Of a stretch of 64,000 nucleotides of DNA, positions 47,270 through 56,246 are shown one piece after another. The stretch spans positions 1 through 64,000 of the IMG/VR virus record IMGVR_UViG_3300025684_000015; one strand, given 5' to 3'. The position numbers and the translations under genes were made by a program. Position 1 is the first letter of the stretch, and every line of letters begins with the position of its first letter. The notes beneath the pieces are model-generated. The model was not told the origin of the DNA. It ran no database searches and saw only the letters and a program-made list of their open reading frames with translations. The stretch is from a virus.

Positions 47270-47874
47270 TTGACGTATACCATATTATCAATTAGACGTT
47301 TTAGTTTTGGTAATTCTTGCTGACTACTAATGTCATTTACTTTTTGAATTAATTTATAAACTGAACCATCAATTTTAGCTTTACCATAAAAATAAGAATC
47401 ATTTTCCATATCAATAAATTTTTTAGCCAATTCAAAAGATAATCCTGCTTGACTTGCAAAACATTCTATCATTTTATCATTATATAAAATATAGCGATCA
47501 GTATATCTACTCATAAATTTTTCGGCCATATCATCTATTAAAATAAGACATTCTTTTTTTATATTTAATATCTTTTTTGTCTTTTTAAATCTTATTGTTT
47601 TATGAGATACTAGTAAATCTACTTTTTGAATTTGATAGAATTCATCGATATCACTAGGTTTGGCGACAGAACCTTCACCAGGTCTTACCATTCCTACGTT
47701 TTGTTGTAGTAAAATTTGATCTATATTTGGATTAAAAGTTGATGTTGTTCGTACTCGCATTACACTTGTATTTAATGCGTACTCACAAAGTTTATTTGCT
47801 ATATCATAATTAGAAGCTTCGCAGTAGATCAGGTGTTCTTCCTGATCTACCACAAAGATATATGTATTAATCAT
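47266..47874 (-). CDS. hypothetical partner of the PP-loop enzyme
   Basis: Coupled directly upstream of the AsnB-like gene. Confidence 0.65.
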   Translation of the reverse strand: MINTYIFVVDQEEHLIYCEASNYDIANKLCEYALNTSVMRVRTTSTFNPNIDQILLQQNVGMVRPGEGSVAKPSDIDEFYQIQKVDLLVSHKTIRFKKTKKILNIKKECLILIDDMAEKFMSRYTDRYILYNDKMIECFASQAGLSFELAKKFIDMENDSYFYGKAKIDGSVYKLIQKVNDISSQQELPKLKRLIDNMVYVN

Positions 47875-48665
47875 TTTTTGCGAATTCTAAAAGTAACTAC
47901 TTTGCGATCAGCTTCTGCAAAAATTGAAGCTGGTCTAGTTGTGTGTAATCTACGAGAATCATAACAAATAATACGACCTGGCTTAGGACTTACTACTTTA
48001 CAAGTATCGCCCCAGTCAATTGGAAAACCTCGTTGTTGGCCACCTTTTTGATATCTTTGGTCGTCACCAGTTTCTGTATGATTGCTGGTGTAGAACATAT
48101 TATCCGCAAACCATGTTGGATACCATACAGGGTTAGCAACATACATACATGTATATGTACGGTCATTCGATTCATCGGGTTGATCTCGATGAATTCCATG
48201 AGTATGCTTATAGTGTTCATTTGGCTGAGCCGCGGCGTACACTCTCCAACCCTGATCCATATTGGGATCTAATGTTGGTGGTGCAGTGTATTTATCTTTT
48301 ATATACTCATCTGGAGAATTTTCTGCTACTGTGCCTTCGGGCTTACCAGCAATTTCAAATTCACCATCAAATTGCATATTGATACATTGCCACAATTTAT
48401 AAATTGGATCATGAGCTTTTAGACTTTCTTCGTCAGAAGCAAAATGAGCTCTTGGCATGAATAAATGGCGGGGCTCTTCCAGCCGCTTGGGGTAATCATT
48501 GGCTTTCCATTTACCAGGAACATATTCATGAATTTCATGAAAGTTGCTAGTTTTCTGCCTTTTCCAAGCGGCTGTCCAAGTTTGTTCTAATAGGTATTCC
48601 CATACTGAATGTCTAAGATCAGCTGGAACAGCGTCATCGACAACTCTTACTTCATAATCAATCAT
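47871..48665 (-). CDS. 2OG-Fe(II) oxygenase (prolyl-hydroxylase-like)
   Basis: IHRD, PKPGRIICYD..RLH, R. Confidence 0.8.
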   Translation of the reverse strand: MIDYEVRVVDDAVPADLRHSVWEYLLEQTWTAAWKRQKTSNFHEIHEYVPGKWKANDYPKRLEEPRHLFMPRAHFASDEESLKAHDPIYKLWQCINMQFDGEFEIAGKPEGTVAENSPDEYIKDKYTAPPTLDPNMDQGWRVYAAAQPNEHYKHTHGIHRDQPDESNDRTYTCMYVANPVWYPTWFADNMFYTSNHTETGDDQRYQKGGQQRGFPIDWGDTCKVVSPKPGRIICYDSRRLHTTRPASIFAEADRKVVTFRIRKK

Positions 48666-48693
48666 TCAAATCACATCCTATTTTTATTTTAGC

Positions 48694-49635
48694 TTAAGAC
48701 TTTTGAATTTTCTCAATGATATTATCACTGAAAACATTCATGTACTTTGTGTACAGATGAGCAGTAGCTGCTTTGAACTTAGCAGTTTCTGATTCAGCCA
48801 TCTTAACAATTTTAATGCCTTGGGTCTTACATTGATCTACGATACCATCGATAGAAGCAACTGATTCACGACGCTCTAAACGAGCAGCATTCAATGCAGC
48901 GTCTTTCAACACGGCTTGAGTCTTTTCATCTAGACCAGCGTAGAATTCTTTACCAACAATAATTGAGGTAAGGAAAAGTGAATGTGCAGTGTCATTAACT
49001 GTACCAAATGCTTCACCCTGCTTAAGAGGAAGAATACGTACATATGTAGACTCACCACCATCAATAACACCATTTGCATGTGCTTCATTCATTTCTTCAA
49101 GTTCAACTGAATCAACAACATTTGCGCCTAGAGCTTTAAATGTGTCTACAGCAACAGGAGACTTAGAAGTACGAATGCTCATACCTTCAAAAGCAGCGAC
49201 GGTATCTAATTCTTTTTCAGACGGGATAACACGGTATCCACCTGAATATGTAAAGGCCAAACCTTGTACAGGTGATTTTGCCTTAAGTCCATCCAATAGA
49301 GACTGGCCGATAGAGCCTTCTAGAACTTTATCTGCATGGTCATGATCGCGGAACAAGAAAGGCATGTCAAGTGCATACATATCTTTATTCCAATCACCAA
49401 GCCATGTAGTATACATCTGCGATGCTTCTACAACGCCATCTTCCATTAACTGGAGAAGATCTTGTTTAGTGACTTTTTCGCCACCATTATACTTATTTGA
49501 GTACTCAGTCAAAGAAAGAATTTCGATGTCTAAAGCACCATTTGTTTGCTCAAGTACTTGCGCTTTGAATCTTTCTGCAGCGCGCAGAAACAAATCAATA
49601 GGCTCATGAGCAATAACCCAACGAATGGTTTTCAT
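48694..49635 (-). CDS. dctP: TRAP-type substrate-binding protein (DctP-like), no signal peptide
   Basis: MPFLFRD..HADKVLEG, GGYR, GMSIRT, FKALGA, GVIDGGE; AGGAG SD before the ATG. Confidence 0.88.
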   Translation of the reverse strand: MKTIRWVIAHEPIDLFLRAAERFKAQVLEQTNGALDIEILSLTEYSNKYNGGEKVTKQDLLQLMEDGVVEASQMYTTWLGDWNKDMYALDMPFLFRDHDHADKVLEGSIGQSLLDGLKAKSPVQGLAFTYSGGYRVIPSEKELDTVAAFEGMSIRTSKSPVAVDTFKALGANVVDSVELEEMNEAHANGVIDGGESTYVRILPLKQGEAFGTVNDTAHSLFLTSIIVGKEFYAGLDEKTQAVLKDAALNAARLERRESVASIDGIVDQCKTQGIKIVKMAESETAKFKAATAHLYTKYMNVFSDNIIEKIQKS

Positions 49636-49687
49636 TGTTAAACTCCTAATGTTAACACGTGTTTACGTTTTGGTTTGCAACCAACTT

Positions 49688-49695
49688 TATTTATA
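49688..49695 (-). promoter_or_regulatory. T4-type late promoter upstream of dctP
   Basis: TATAAATA in the intergenic region. Confidence 0.7.
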
Positions 49696-49699
49696 TGTT

Positions 49700-50629
49700 T
49701 TATTTCTTAATATTGTCGTTATGCTTAATTAAAAGCTTTTCAACGATCGCAATATTTTCTAAATAGAATGCACCAATATCTTTACCATCAAATACCGGTG
49801 AATTCATGTCTGATAGTCCAAATACTTTATCTTTACCAAGATTTTTTGTAGCAGCATTTAATACATATCCAAGCTTCAATCTTTTTAGTGTTGGCATTTC
49901 TGAAGAAGCAACAGTAATATTAAATACTTGTGGAGCAGATACTCCCTGTTCAGCTAATGTTGCTACTTCTGGAAGAAGTGGATGGCGGGAAGTACACGAA
50001 GCCGCGGCGGCTTGAATATTTGGATTTTTAGTTTTCATTTGGATATAGTTTTTAGCTTTTTCTACTACCATATTGACTGATCCATCTCCTGCCATTAACA
50101 CCAATCCTTCATAATTAGATTTAAAAATTACGTAATTGATTTCGGTTTTAGCTGCTTCACCAATTTGGAGAGATGTCAAATGCGTAGCATTACCAATACC
50201 TACACCACCAACGGTCATGACATCTTTACCAGCATTTCGCATAGCCTCAATTGAATCTCCTAGATTCGAAATTACAATCCAGCATGCAGATCCTAAAGCA
50301 TGAATAGGAACATATTTTTCACGATCTAATTTACCAGATCTAGTATGTTCTACATATTTTGGTGCGATAATAGATAATCTATTTTGTGGAGATGCATCCA
50401 TTTGTTTTACAGCAATAATTTGCTGACCACCTGGTTTATTTTCAAGATGAAATTGAAATTGATCTTGAATCTTATTAGCTTCTTCGACAATTGCTAAATA
50501 CGCGGGTGTTCCGCCATGAGACGCTGAATACGGACTTTGAATATAGATGTCTTCTTTTGCAAAAGCGTGTGTAGACCCTAGTGTAAACGCAACTGTCGCG
50601 CTAACCATTAAAGTTTTTAAGTTTTTCAT
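49700..50629 (-). CDS. tctC: TctC/Bug substrate-binding protein
   Basis: Signal peptide ending AFA; PYSASHGG, ENKPGG, GVGIGNATHL, LPEVATLAEQG. Confidence 0.8.
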   Translation of the reverse strand: MKNLKTLMVSATVAFTLGSTHAFAKEDIYIQSPYSASHGGTPAYLAIVEEANKIQDQFQFHLENKPGGQQIIAVKQMDASPQNRLSIIAPKYVEHTRSGKLDREKYVPIHALGSACWIVISNLGDSIEAMRNAGKDVMTVGGVGIGNATHLTSLQIGEAAKTEINYVIFKSNYEGLVLMAGDGSVNMVVEKAKNYIQMKTKNPNIQAAAASCTSRHPLLPEVATLAEQGVSAPQVFNITVASSEMPTLKRLKLGYVLNAATKNLGKDKVFGLSDMNSPVFDGKDIGAFYLENIAIVEKLLIKHNDNIKK

Positions 50630-51866
50630 AAAAATACTCTTCTATTCCTTCGTTGTTAAAATATTTCATTTGATAATTTTCATCTAAACCAAACATATTA
50701 TCTAGTTCATCGTTTATCGCAATTCGATGCCGATTCACAATGATTTGTTTAGATGGTATTTTCATTTTGTACCAATAGTACCAATCATTGGCATCTAAAC
50801 TATGTATATAGTCTTTAGCTGCCATTTTATAACGACCCTGTGTTGTGCCTAAGATTTTTTGGCCGTTATTATTATTTACCATAGACCATAATTGAAAGTC
50901 TACAGCGTTAAACCAATTAATTTGTTTTTCGTATATTTTACTACGATCAACACCTGTTGATTGAATGCTTCCAGCCCTTAGCGCACAATGCATATATTTT
51001 GGATTAAAGATAATCCACCAAAAGAAATCATGTAAGGTAGTTACTTTGCACTTTGCTGTTTCAATATTTCTAACCATTTTGTTATAATACATTTCGCCAA
51101 ATGCTTTATCAAGAGATGATTTTTCGGTATTAGAATATTTAAAATATCTACCATCTAAACAAAGATTAAAATACTTAATAATTGCTTGTTTATATTCGCT
51201 ATAATGAACTTCTGGGTTGTCAATATTATCTTTTAACGCATATGCTTCTTTTGTATAATCAAAATAATAAGGAATTGACGGATATAATTTAGTACCTAAT
51301 TCAGTACCAAATAGAGCATCACCTTGATCACCTACAATAACTGTATAGTTTTGTTCCACAACAGTACGTCTCATATCAAATTCTTTACTGTTATGAATCT
51401 TAAGTTTATCTTTAATAAATCTATTATAGAAGAATTCATTCTCAATAATTGAGTCAAAACTCATTGAAATTGTAATATTATCTAATTGTTTATCTGTAAG
51501 ATTTTTAATTAATGCCGCAACAATTGCTGTTGAATCTATACCACCAGAATATAGAATAAGAAATTGTTCATCTGTATTATCAATTCTTTTTGCGATATTT
51601 AAAGCTGTTTCATCACTAATTTGCGCAAATGATTTATTAAAGTCTTTTGATAAATCTGGCATATCATAACCAGGCGGTAATACCAAATCATCACCCCATG
51701 GAGTATCCCACTCTCCATCTCTTGGAGAATATGAATTATACCCAAATGCTAATGAGATATTATAAAAAAACTTAGCTCCATCGTTTTGAAAGTTATATTT
51801 TTTCATAACTTTACGATGGTAAAATTTAAAAGGTGTATAATGTATTAGAAAAAAACGGTTTTGCAT
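50601..51866 (-). CDS. asparagine synthetase-like PP-loop ATP pyrophosphatase (paralog)
   Basis: YSGGIDST, SIIENE, GDQGDALFG, DFFWWIIF. Confidence 0.75.
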   Translation of the reverse strand: MQNRFFLIHYTPFKFYHRKVMKKYNFQNDGAKFFYNISLAFGYNSYSPRDGEWDTPWGDDLVLPPGYDMPDLSKDFNKSFAQISDETALNIAKRIDNTDEQFLILYSGGIDSTAIVAALIKNLTDKQLDNITISMSFDSIIENEFFYNRFIKDKLKIHNSKEFDMRRTVVEQNYTVIVGDQGDALFGTELGTKLYPSIPYYFDYTKEAYALKDNIDNPEVHYSEYKQAIIKYFNLCLDGRYFKYSNTEKSSLDKAFGEMYYNKMVRNIETAKCKVTTLHDFFWWIIFNPKYMHCALRAGSIQSTGVDRSKIYEKQINWFNAVDFQLWSMVNNNNGQKILGTTQGRYKMAAKDYIHSLDANDWYYWYKMKIPSKQIIVNRHRIAINDELDNMFGLDENYQMKYFNNEGIEEYFYEKLKNFNG

Positions 51867-52461
51867 ATCGACTCAAATTCTCATAAAATTTTCTTTTTCG
51901 TAGGTTGCTTGTTTTAGATTTACTAAAGGCAACCATGATGTTGTCATATAATTCGTCAACATCTTTTGAATAATAAATTAGCTCGTAAATTGCTTCTTTA
52001 AATCCATTCTCAAAGTCTTTGTGACCACCATCAGATGCATGATAACCCATATCTTTATATGTTTCAATTCCCTTTGAATCTACAAAAGAAAAAATAGATT
52101 CGTACGATGATGGAAGTTCCATTTCAGTTTTTATAGTAGATTTTATAATTACAAACGTCATGCGAATATAATCTAAATGAGACTCAAAGATGTCTTGTGG
52201 AGTGTTCTGCTGAGGACCCAAATCTACATAAGAATCTTGTGGTTTAATTACTAGATATGGATATGGAGAAGACTGGCGGTATCCCTTTGGGTTACCTAGT
52301 GTCCAATTAGTACATACGCTATTATCAATTTCAGGCAATGTGACTGGAATTATGTTACACAATATTTTAGAGGTAAGTACTGTGGCTGTCTCGTATAGAG
52401 AGTGTACATCTTGATCGATAATTAAAAATCGTTCAATAGTATTTGAATATAATCCATGCAT
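51826..52461 (-). CDS. hypothetical partner of the PP-loop enzyme
   Basis: Same position relative to the AsnB-like gene as 47266..47874. Confidence 0.65.
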   Translation of the reverse strand: MHGLYSNTIERFLIIDQDVHSLYETATVLTSKILCNIIPVTLPEIDNSVCTNWTLGNPKGYRQSSPYPYLVIKPQDSYVDLGPQQNTPQDIFESHLDYIRMTFVIIKSTIKTEMELPSSYESIFSFVDSKGIETYKDMGYHASDGGHKDFENGFKEAIYELIYYSKDVDELYDNIMVAFSKSKTSNLRKRKFYENLSRYAKPFFSNTLYTF

Positions 52462-52488
52462 AATATAATATAACCTAAACGTGATTAA

Positions 52489-52944
52489 TCACATCTCTTT
52501 TATCACACCAATGTGATTATCTTGTTCTGTGCCAGAAATGGTTTGGAATCCATTCTGTAATGCCCAATCTAATTTACTTATTTTCATCCAACCAAACATT
52601 TTTAGATAATTTGACCAATGTTTTTCATAAGCTTCTTCTAAAAGAAGAGCGCCTAATCCCTGATGTCGCCATTCTTTACGAATATTTATAGTACGAAAAC
52701 GAATGGTAGATATATCCCACTCATATAATTGAGTAACTCCTATAATCCCATCAAAGTCTACTTCAGGATGTCGATCATATAGCCCATAACATTTGGATAT
52801 AGGATTATCTATACTAGAACGAAATGGCCCTAATTGGCTAACCAGTTGTCTATAGTTTTTATTGGGATCATTGAAGTGATCTACTTCTTTCCAATATTCT
52901 ACAATTTGATCAAAGGAGATCTCTTCAACTTCAATTCCATCCAT
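52489..52944 (-). CDS. GNAT-family acetyltransferase
   Basis: INIRKEWRHQGLGALLL acetyl-CoA motif, NGF. Confidence 0.8.
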   Translation of the reverse strand: MDGIEVEEISFDQIVEYWKEVDHFNDPNKNYRQLVSQLGPFRSSIDNPISKCYGLYDRHPEVDFDGIIGVTQLYEWDISTIRFRTINIRKEWRHQGLGALLLEEAYEKHWSNYLKMFGWMKISKLDWALQNGFQTISGTEQDNHIGVIKEM

Positions 52945-53289
52945 TTACGTTTGAGTACCTTTATTTGCTAAAACGTTAGTACTAAATTTATCACCAGATG
53001 TAATTACACATGTGGTACCACGAGTTTTATTTACTACTATAAATGTCCATGTTAATGTATCATAATTAATCCACAATGAATGAAAAAGACCTTCACCAGT
53101 CGATGTTTCACTAGGTGCTACAAATATAATTTCTTCATCATATTTATTTTTTAAATTTTCTACAATATCATCTGTTTTTCCACAAAATATTGGTAGTTGC
53201 ATTGTGCTCACCCGAGGAGTAGCATCATTAGCAAAAACTAAAGTAGAAGCACAAACGAGTAAAGTAAACATTATTACATATCTTTTCAT
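52945..53289 (-). CDS. small secreted protein
   Basis: Signal peptide ending VFA; Cys pair. Confidence 0.7.
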   Translation of the reverse strand: MKRYVIMFTLLVCASTLVFANDATPRVSTMQLPIFCGKTDDIVENLKNKYDEEIIFVAPSETSTGEGLFHSLWINYDTLTWTFIVVNKTRGTTCVITSGDKFSTNVLANKGTQT

Positions 53290-53309
53290 AATGATACTTC
53301 CTCTTAAAA

Positions 53310-53554
53310 AAACGAATGGTAGGTTATTCTGTTACTAGGAAACCTACCGAAACCCTATCCGACTATGCTGCTAGAGCGTAATCTTGAGGAGCAAAGTTAT
53401 CGTTTGCATTTACTTTTGTGATTCTCCGCTGCCTTCACGTATCTGTCGATCCTATTTCGCCCCCATCATAAGCACACTCAGTAAATGTGTTTATGGTGGA
53501 GGCGGTGGGTACTGCCCCCACGTCCAGCCTACATCCATCCAGTTTCACTGAATC
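53310..53554 (-). ncRNA. ssrA: circularly permuted (two-piece) tmRNA; tag ANDNFAPQDYALAA
   Basis: Acceptor piece ...GGGGGCAGTACCCACCGCCTCCACCA ends at 53494; coding piece starts GGGGGCGAAATAGGATCGAC at 53464; G3:U70 pair; tag ORF 53407-53363; outer ends approximate. Confidence 0.93.
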
Positions 53555-53559
53555 ATTTT

Positions 53560-53567
53560 TATTTATA
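53560..53567 (-). promoter_or_regulatory. T4-type late promoter for tmRNA
   Basis: TATAAATA immediately upstream of the acceptor piece. Confidence 0.75.
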
Positions 53568-53571
53568 CTAC

Positions 53572-53700
53572 TTACTTACAAAGATCTTCATACTTCGTGG
53601 AGTGTACTCTATGTTTTGACATGTCTCTACCTAAATATCCTGGCGTTTTTTCTTTACTATTAAACATTTTAGATAATAACTTAACAAGTTTTTTGAGCAT
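53572..53700 (-). CDS. 42-aa peptide (not in track)
   Basis: MLKKLVKLLSKMFNSKEKTPGYLGRDMSKHRVHSTKYEDLCK; GGAGAG SD; promoter upstream. Confidence 0.5.
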   Translation of the reverse strand: MLKKLVKLLSKMFNSKEKTPGYLGRDMSKHRVHSTKYEDLCK

Positions 53701-53772
53701 ATTTCTCTCCATTTCAGTTAGTATATTGTCGGAATATTAAGGGTATCCCCCTCTTTCCGGATTAACTCTATT

Positions 53773-53801
53773 ATTATACCACATAAAAATGTATTTGTAA
53801 A
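53773..53801 (-). promoter_or_regulatory. early-type promoter
   Basis: TTTACA-17-TATAAT with GTGG extension. Confidence 0.7.
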
Positions 53802-53811
53802 CAGTTTTTTT

Positions 53812-53819
53812 TATAAATA
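53812..53819 (+). promoter_or_regulatory. T4-type late promoter for the + strand operon
   Basis: TATAAATA upstream of ATG 53865. Confidence 0.75.
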
Positions 53820-53864
53820 AGATTGAAATACAAACTTTTATTATCTATTTTATGAGGATTTAGA

Positions 53865-54419
53865 ATGTTTAAGAAGCTAGCAATCTGTGCTAGCTTTATT
53901 ATGTATATATCATTACCGGCAATGGCACAAGAACAAGACGTCATTGTTACTGACTCGACAAGTAATAGCACAGTGACAACGAACGGTCAAATGACCACAA
54001 CGGTAAAACAACCACCTCCGTCCGCAATCTCACCACAATTTAGTAGTGGTAGCAATAGTGATCTATGTACTATTGGCGTAGCGGGTGCTGTCCAAACGCA
54101 AATTCTTGGTATCTCTGCAGGTACCACTTACACCGAAAAAAATTGTATCAGATTAAAAAATGCTAAGACTTTATACGATATGGGTATGAAGGTCGCAGCA
54201 GTGTCTGTCATGTGTCAAGATTCAAAGATCTTTGATGCTATGAATCATGCTGGTACACCCTGTCCATATAATGGAACAATTGGTGATGCCGCGCGTCTTG
54301 GTTGGGAAACCCACGTTGAGACTACGAGAAAAGAATTAGAAGATTCGGATAATATCAATGTTAAAGAAGCTGCTACTGTTGGTGGTATGGGTCTTTTGGC
54401 CTTCTTACTGCTACTCTGA
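53865..54419 (+). CDS. exported Cys-containing protein with C-terminal membrane anchor
   Basis: Signal ending AMA; four Cys in the mature part; GLLAFLLLL tail. Confidence 0.75.
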   Translation: MFKKLAICASFIMYISLPAMAQEQDVIVTDSTSNSTVTTNGQMTTTVKQPPPSAISPQFSSGSNSDLCTIGVAGAVQTQILGISAGTTYTEKNCIRLKNAKTLYDMGMKVAAVSVMCQDSKIFDAMNHAGTPCPYNGTIGDAARLGWETHVETTRKELEDSDNINVKEAATVGGMGLLAFLLLL

Positions 54420-55263
54420 AAGTATTGCCCCGTATCCAGGTCGAACTGGTAATGCCGCTAGTAATGGGCATCAATGGGTAATGAAGAATATTCTGCCTGA
54501 CGTCGCAGGGTTGGATATTAATGCAGTTATTTACAATTATACGATTCAAAAGAAAACTGAAGATGCTGCCACTGTGCATATTCAAAATGAAAACGCTAGT
54601 GGGTCTGGATATATTTTTAGAGAGACTGACGAATGGAGACCAGGATCATTGGGAGGAACTATAATCAATAAAGTCGTTCAAGTGAATCCTGGAATTCCAA
54701 GAGCCGCATGGGGAGATGGATCTATTGCTGTTGAGGGTGATGGTTCAGTTACTGATGCAAATGTAAGTTATAATTACAGAGTTAATCCTTGTTTTGATCC
54801 ACAGTTTGATCCCAATTGTCCAGGATATGTTGAACCTAAACTGGACATTGAAATACCTACAGTAGATCTAACTACATTATATGACGCAACTAAAGATGAA
54901 AACGTAGATTTAAGTAATGAAGAATTAGTTCTTATACAAGAAAATGACGAGCAGCTAGAAAAAGAAAAAGAAAAAGAAAAGGAAGAAGCTGAAGAAAAAG
55001 TTAGAAAGTACAGATTAGAAAAAGCTTTATCTGCTACTGATGCTTCAGCCTTATTCGCAGAAAATCAATTAATTCAACAAATGAATGAAATTGCTAATTT
55101 AGCTGTAATTGCTCAAGGATACAATAAAACAATATCAGGCGGCGCATATAAAGAAACTATTGAATTAGTTGATTCTAAATTGCCTGATAACGGAACAGGT
55201 TTAAGAAATAACTTAGCTCAACAAATATTGCATAATGAATTAGTGGATATGCAATACAAGTAA
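54358..55263 (+). CDS. exported beta-domain plus coiled-coil protein
   Basis: Hydrophobic N-terminus; PCFDPQFDPNCPGY hinge; charged coiled coil. Confidence 0.75.
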   Translation: MLKKLLLLVVWVFWPSYCYSESIAPYPGRTGNAASNGHQWVMKNILPDVAGLDINAVIYNYTIQKKTEDAATVHIQNENASGSGYIFRETDEWRPGSLGGTIINKVVQVNPGIPRAAWGDGSIAVEGDGSVTDANVSYNYRVNPCFDPQFDPNCPGYVEPKLDIEIPTVDLTTLYDATKDENVDLSNEELVLIQENDEQLEKEKEKEKEEAEEKVRKYRLEKALSATDASALFAENQLIQQMNEIANLAVIAQGYNKTISGGAYKETIELVDSKLPDNGTGLRNNLAQQILHNELVDMQYK

Positions 55264-55297
55264 TATTATGTCACTCTAAACTTATAGGAGAAAACAC

Positions 55298-55828
55298 ATG
55301 AGATATGTGTTCACTAAACAAAAAGTTATAGCATTAAGTGTAGGCATGGGCATATTAGGGTCTGGCTTAACTTATGCTAAGGCAGAACAAGTGCCAATTA
55401 ATGGTATTGTAACATCTAGATGCATTATTCAAACTGACACTGCTGGTGTGTTTGGAAACCCTAATGCGTATACACTAACAACTGCACCAGCTGATGGTGG
55501 ATTACCACCTATTATTCGTTTTGATGTAACTCTAGCTGATGCTTATTATGCAGTAATTACTCCACCAACTGAATTTTCATCTAGTCCAGCATTACCAGAT
55601 CAAGTAACGTTTACTGGTAATACAACAGTTGAGGCAGTATCTGATGCAACAGGCATGGGTTCATATGAATCAAATAAAATTCAAACTGGTATGACTGACA
55701 AATATGATCTCACCGCAACTGGAAGTACATGGTTTAAAACAGCATCTGTCGCAACGATGGGTGGTAGTAAATCATTTCCAGGTGGAAACTACACAGCACT
55801 AGTAACTGCTGAATGTATTGCTCAGTAA
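55298..55828 (+). CDS. exported fimbrial/pilin-like subunit
   Basis: Signal ending AKA; VPINGIVTSRC start strand and GGNYTALVTAEC end strand, as in chaperone-usher/Csu subunits. Confidence 0.6.
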   Translation: MRYVFTKQKVIALSVGMGILGSGLTYAKAEQVPINGIVTSRCIIQTDTAGVFGNPNAYTLTTAPADGGLPPIIRFDVTLADAYYAVITPPTEFSSSPALPDQVTFTGNTTVEAVSDATGMGSYESNKIQTGMTDKYDLTATGSTWFKTASVATMGGSKSFPGGNYTALVTAECIAQ

Positions 55829-56246
55829 TAGGATAGTGTTTGTTATGTTAAAAAATATTATATTACCACTAGCAGTATTAGCATTATATGCTGGTACTGC
55901 TAGTGCGCATGAAATGATTCCAACATATCCAAAGCTAAGTACCGTAGCTATAGATGGTGTGTATAAAACCACTATGAAGATGTTTAATAAGCGGGAAGAT
56001 GTTGAATTTTATGAAATCGGCGTATTCGATAAAGACTTTAAAGAAATACCATTTGTGTCAACTTATAAGATATTAAAAATAAGATATCTAAGTCATGTTA
56101 CTTTTGATGTGTATATTCGAAAAGCTGATTACGAAGCTGCAACATACATTTGTTCTAAAAGTAAATTAAGAAAAGCTAGTGATATAAGAACTGCTATATC
56201 TTCTAGAATATGTTCAAAGTTTCAGCATCAAAGACAAAACAAATAG
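55818..56246 (+). CDS. exported pilus-chaperone-like Ig protein
   Basis: Signal ending ASA; HEMIPT...MKMFNKRED.EFYEIGVFD; Cys pair. Confidence 0.5.
   Translation: MLSNRIVFVMLKNIILPLAVLALYAGTASAHEMIPTYPKLSTVAIDGVYKTTMKMFNKREDVEFYEIGVFDKDFKEIPFVSTYKILKIRYLSHVTFDVYIRKADYEAATYICSKSKLRKASDIRTAISSRICSKFQHQRQNK

Noticed and set aside
634-49609. Many short + strand ORFs in the track (e.g. 27019..27417, 37307..37768, 42547..42984)
   Set aside because: Antisense shadows of clear - strand genes with no SD or motifs; only 40819..41394 and 53865..58567 are accepted on +
46250-51866. Lasso-peptide (RiPP) cluster because of AsnB-like cyclase homologs
   Set aside because: No transglutaminase-like B2 protease, recognisable RRE or precursor peptide found nearby
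41395-52944. Host chromosomal contamination explaining the transporter island
   Set aside because: Same AT-rich style, T4 late promoters in the intergenic gaps and phage-type gene packing; read-level confirmation is still advisable
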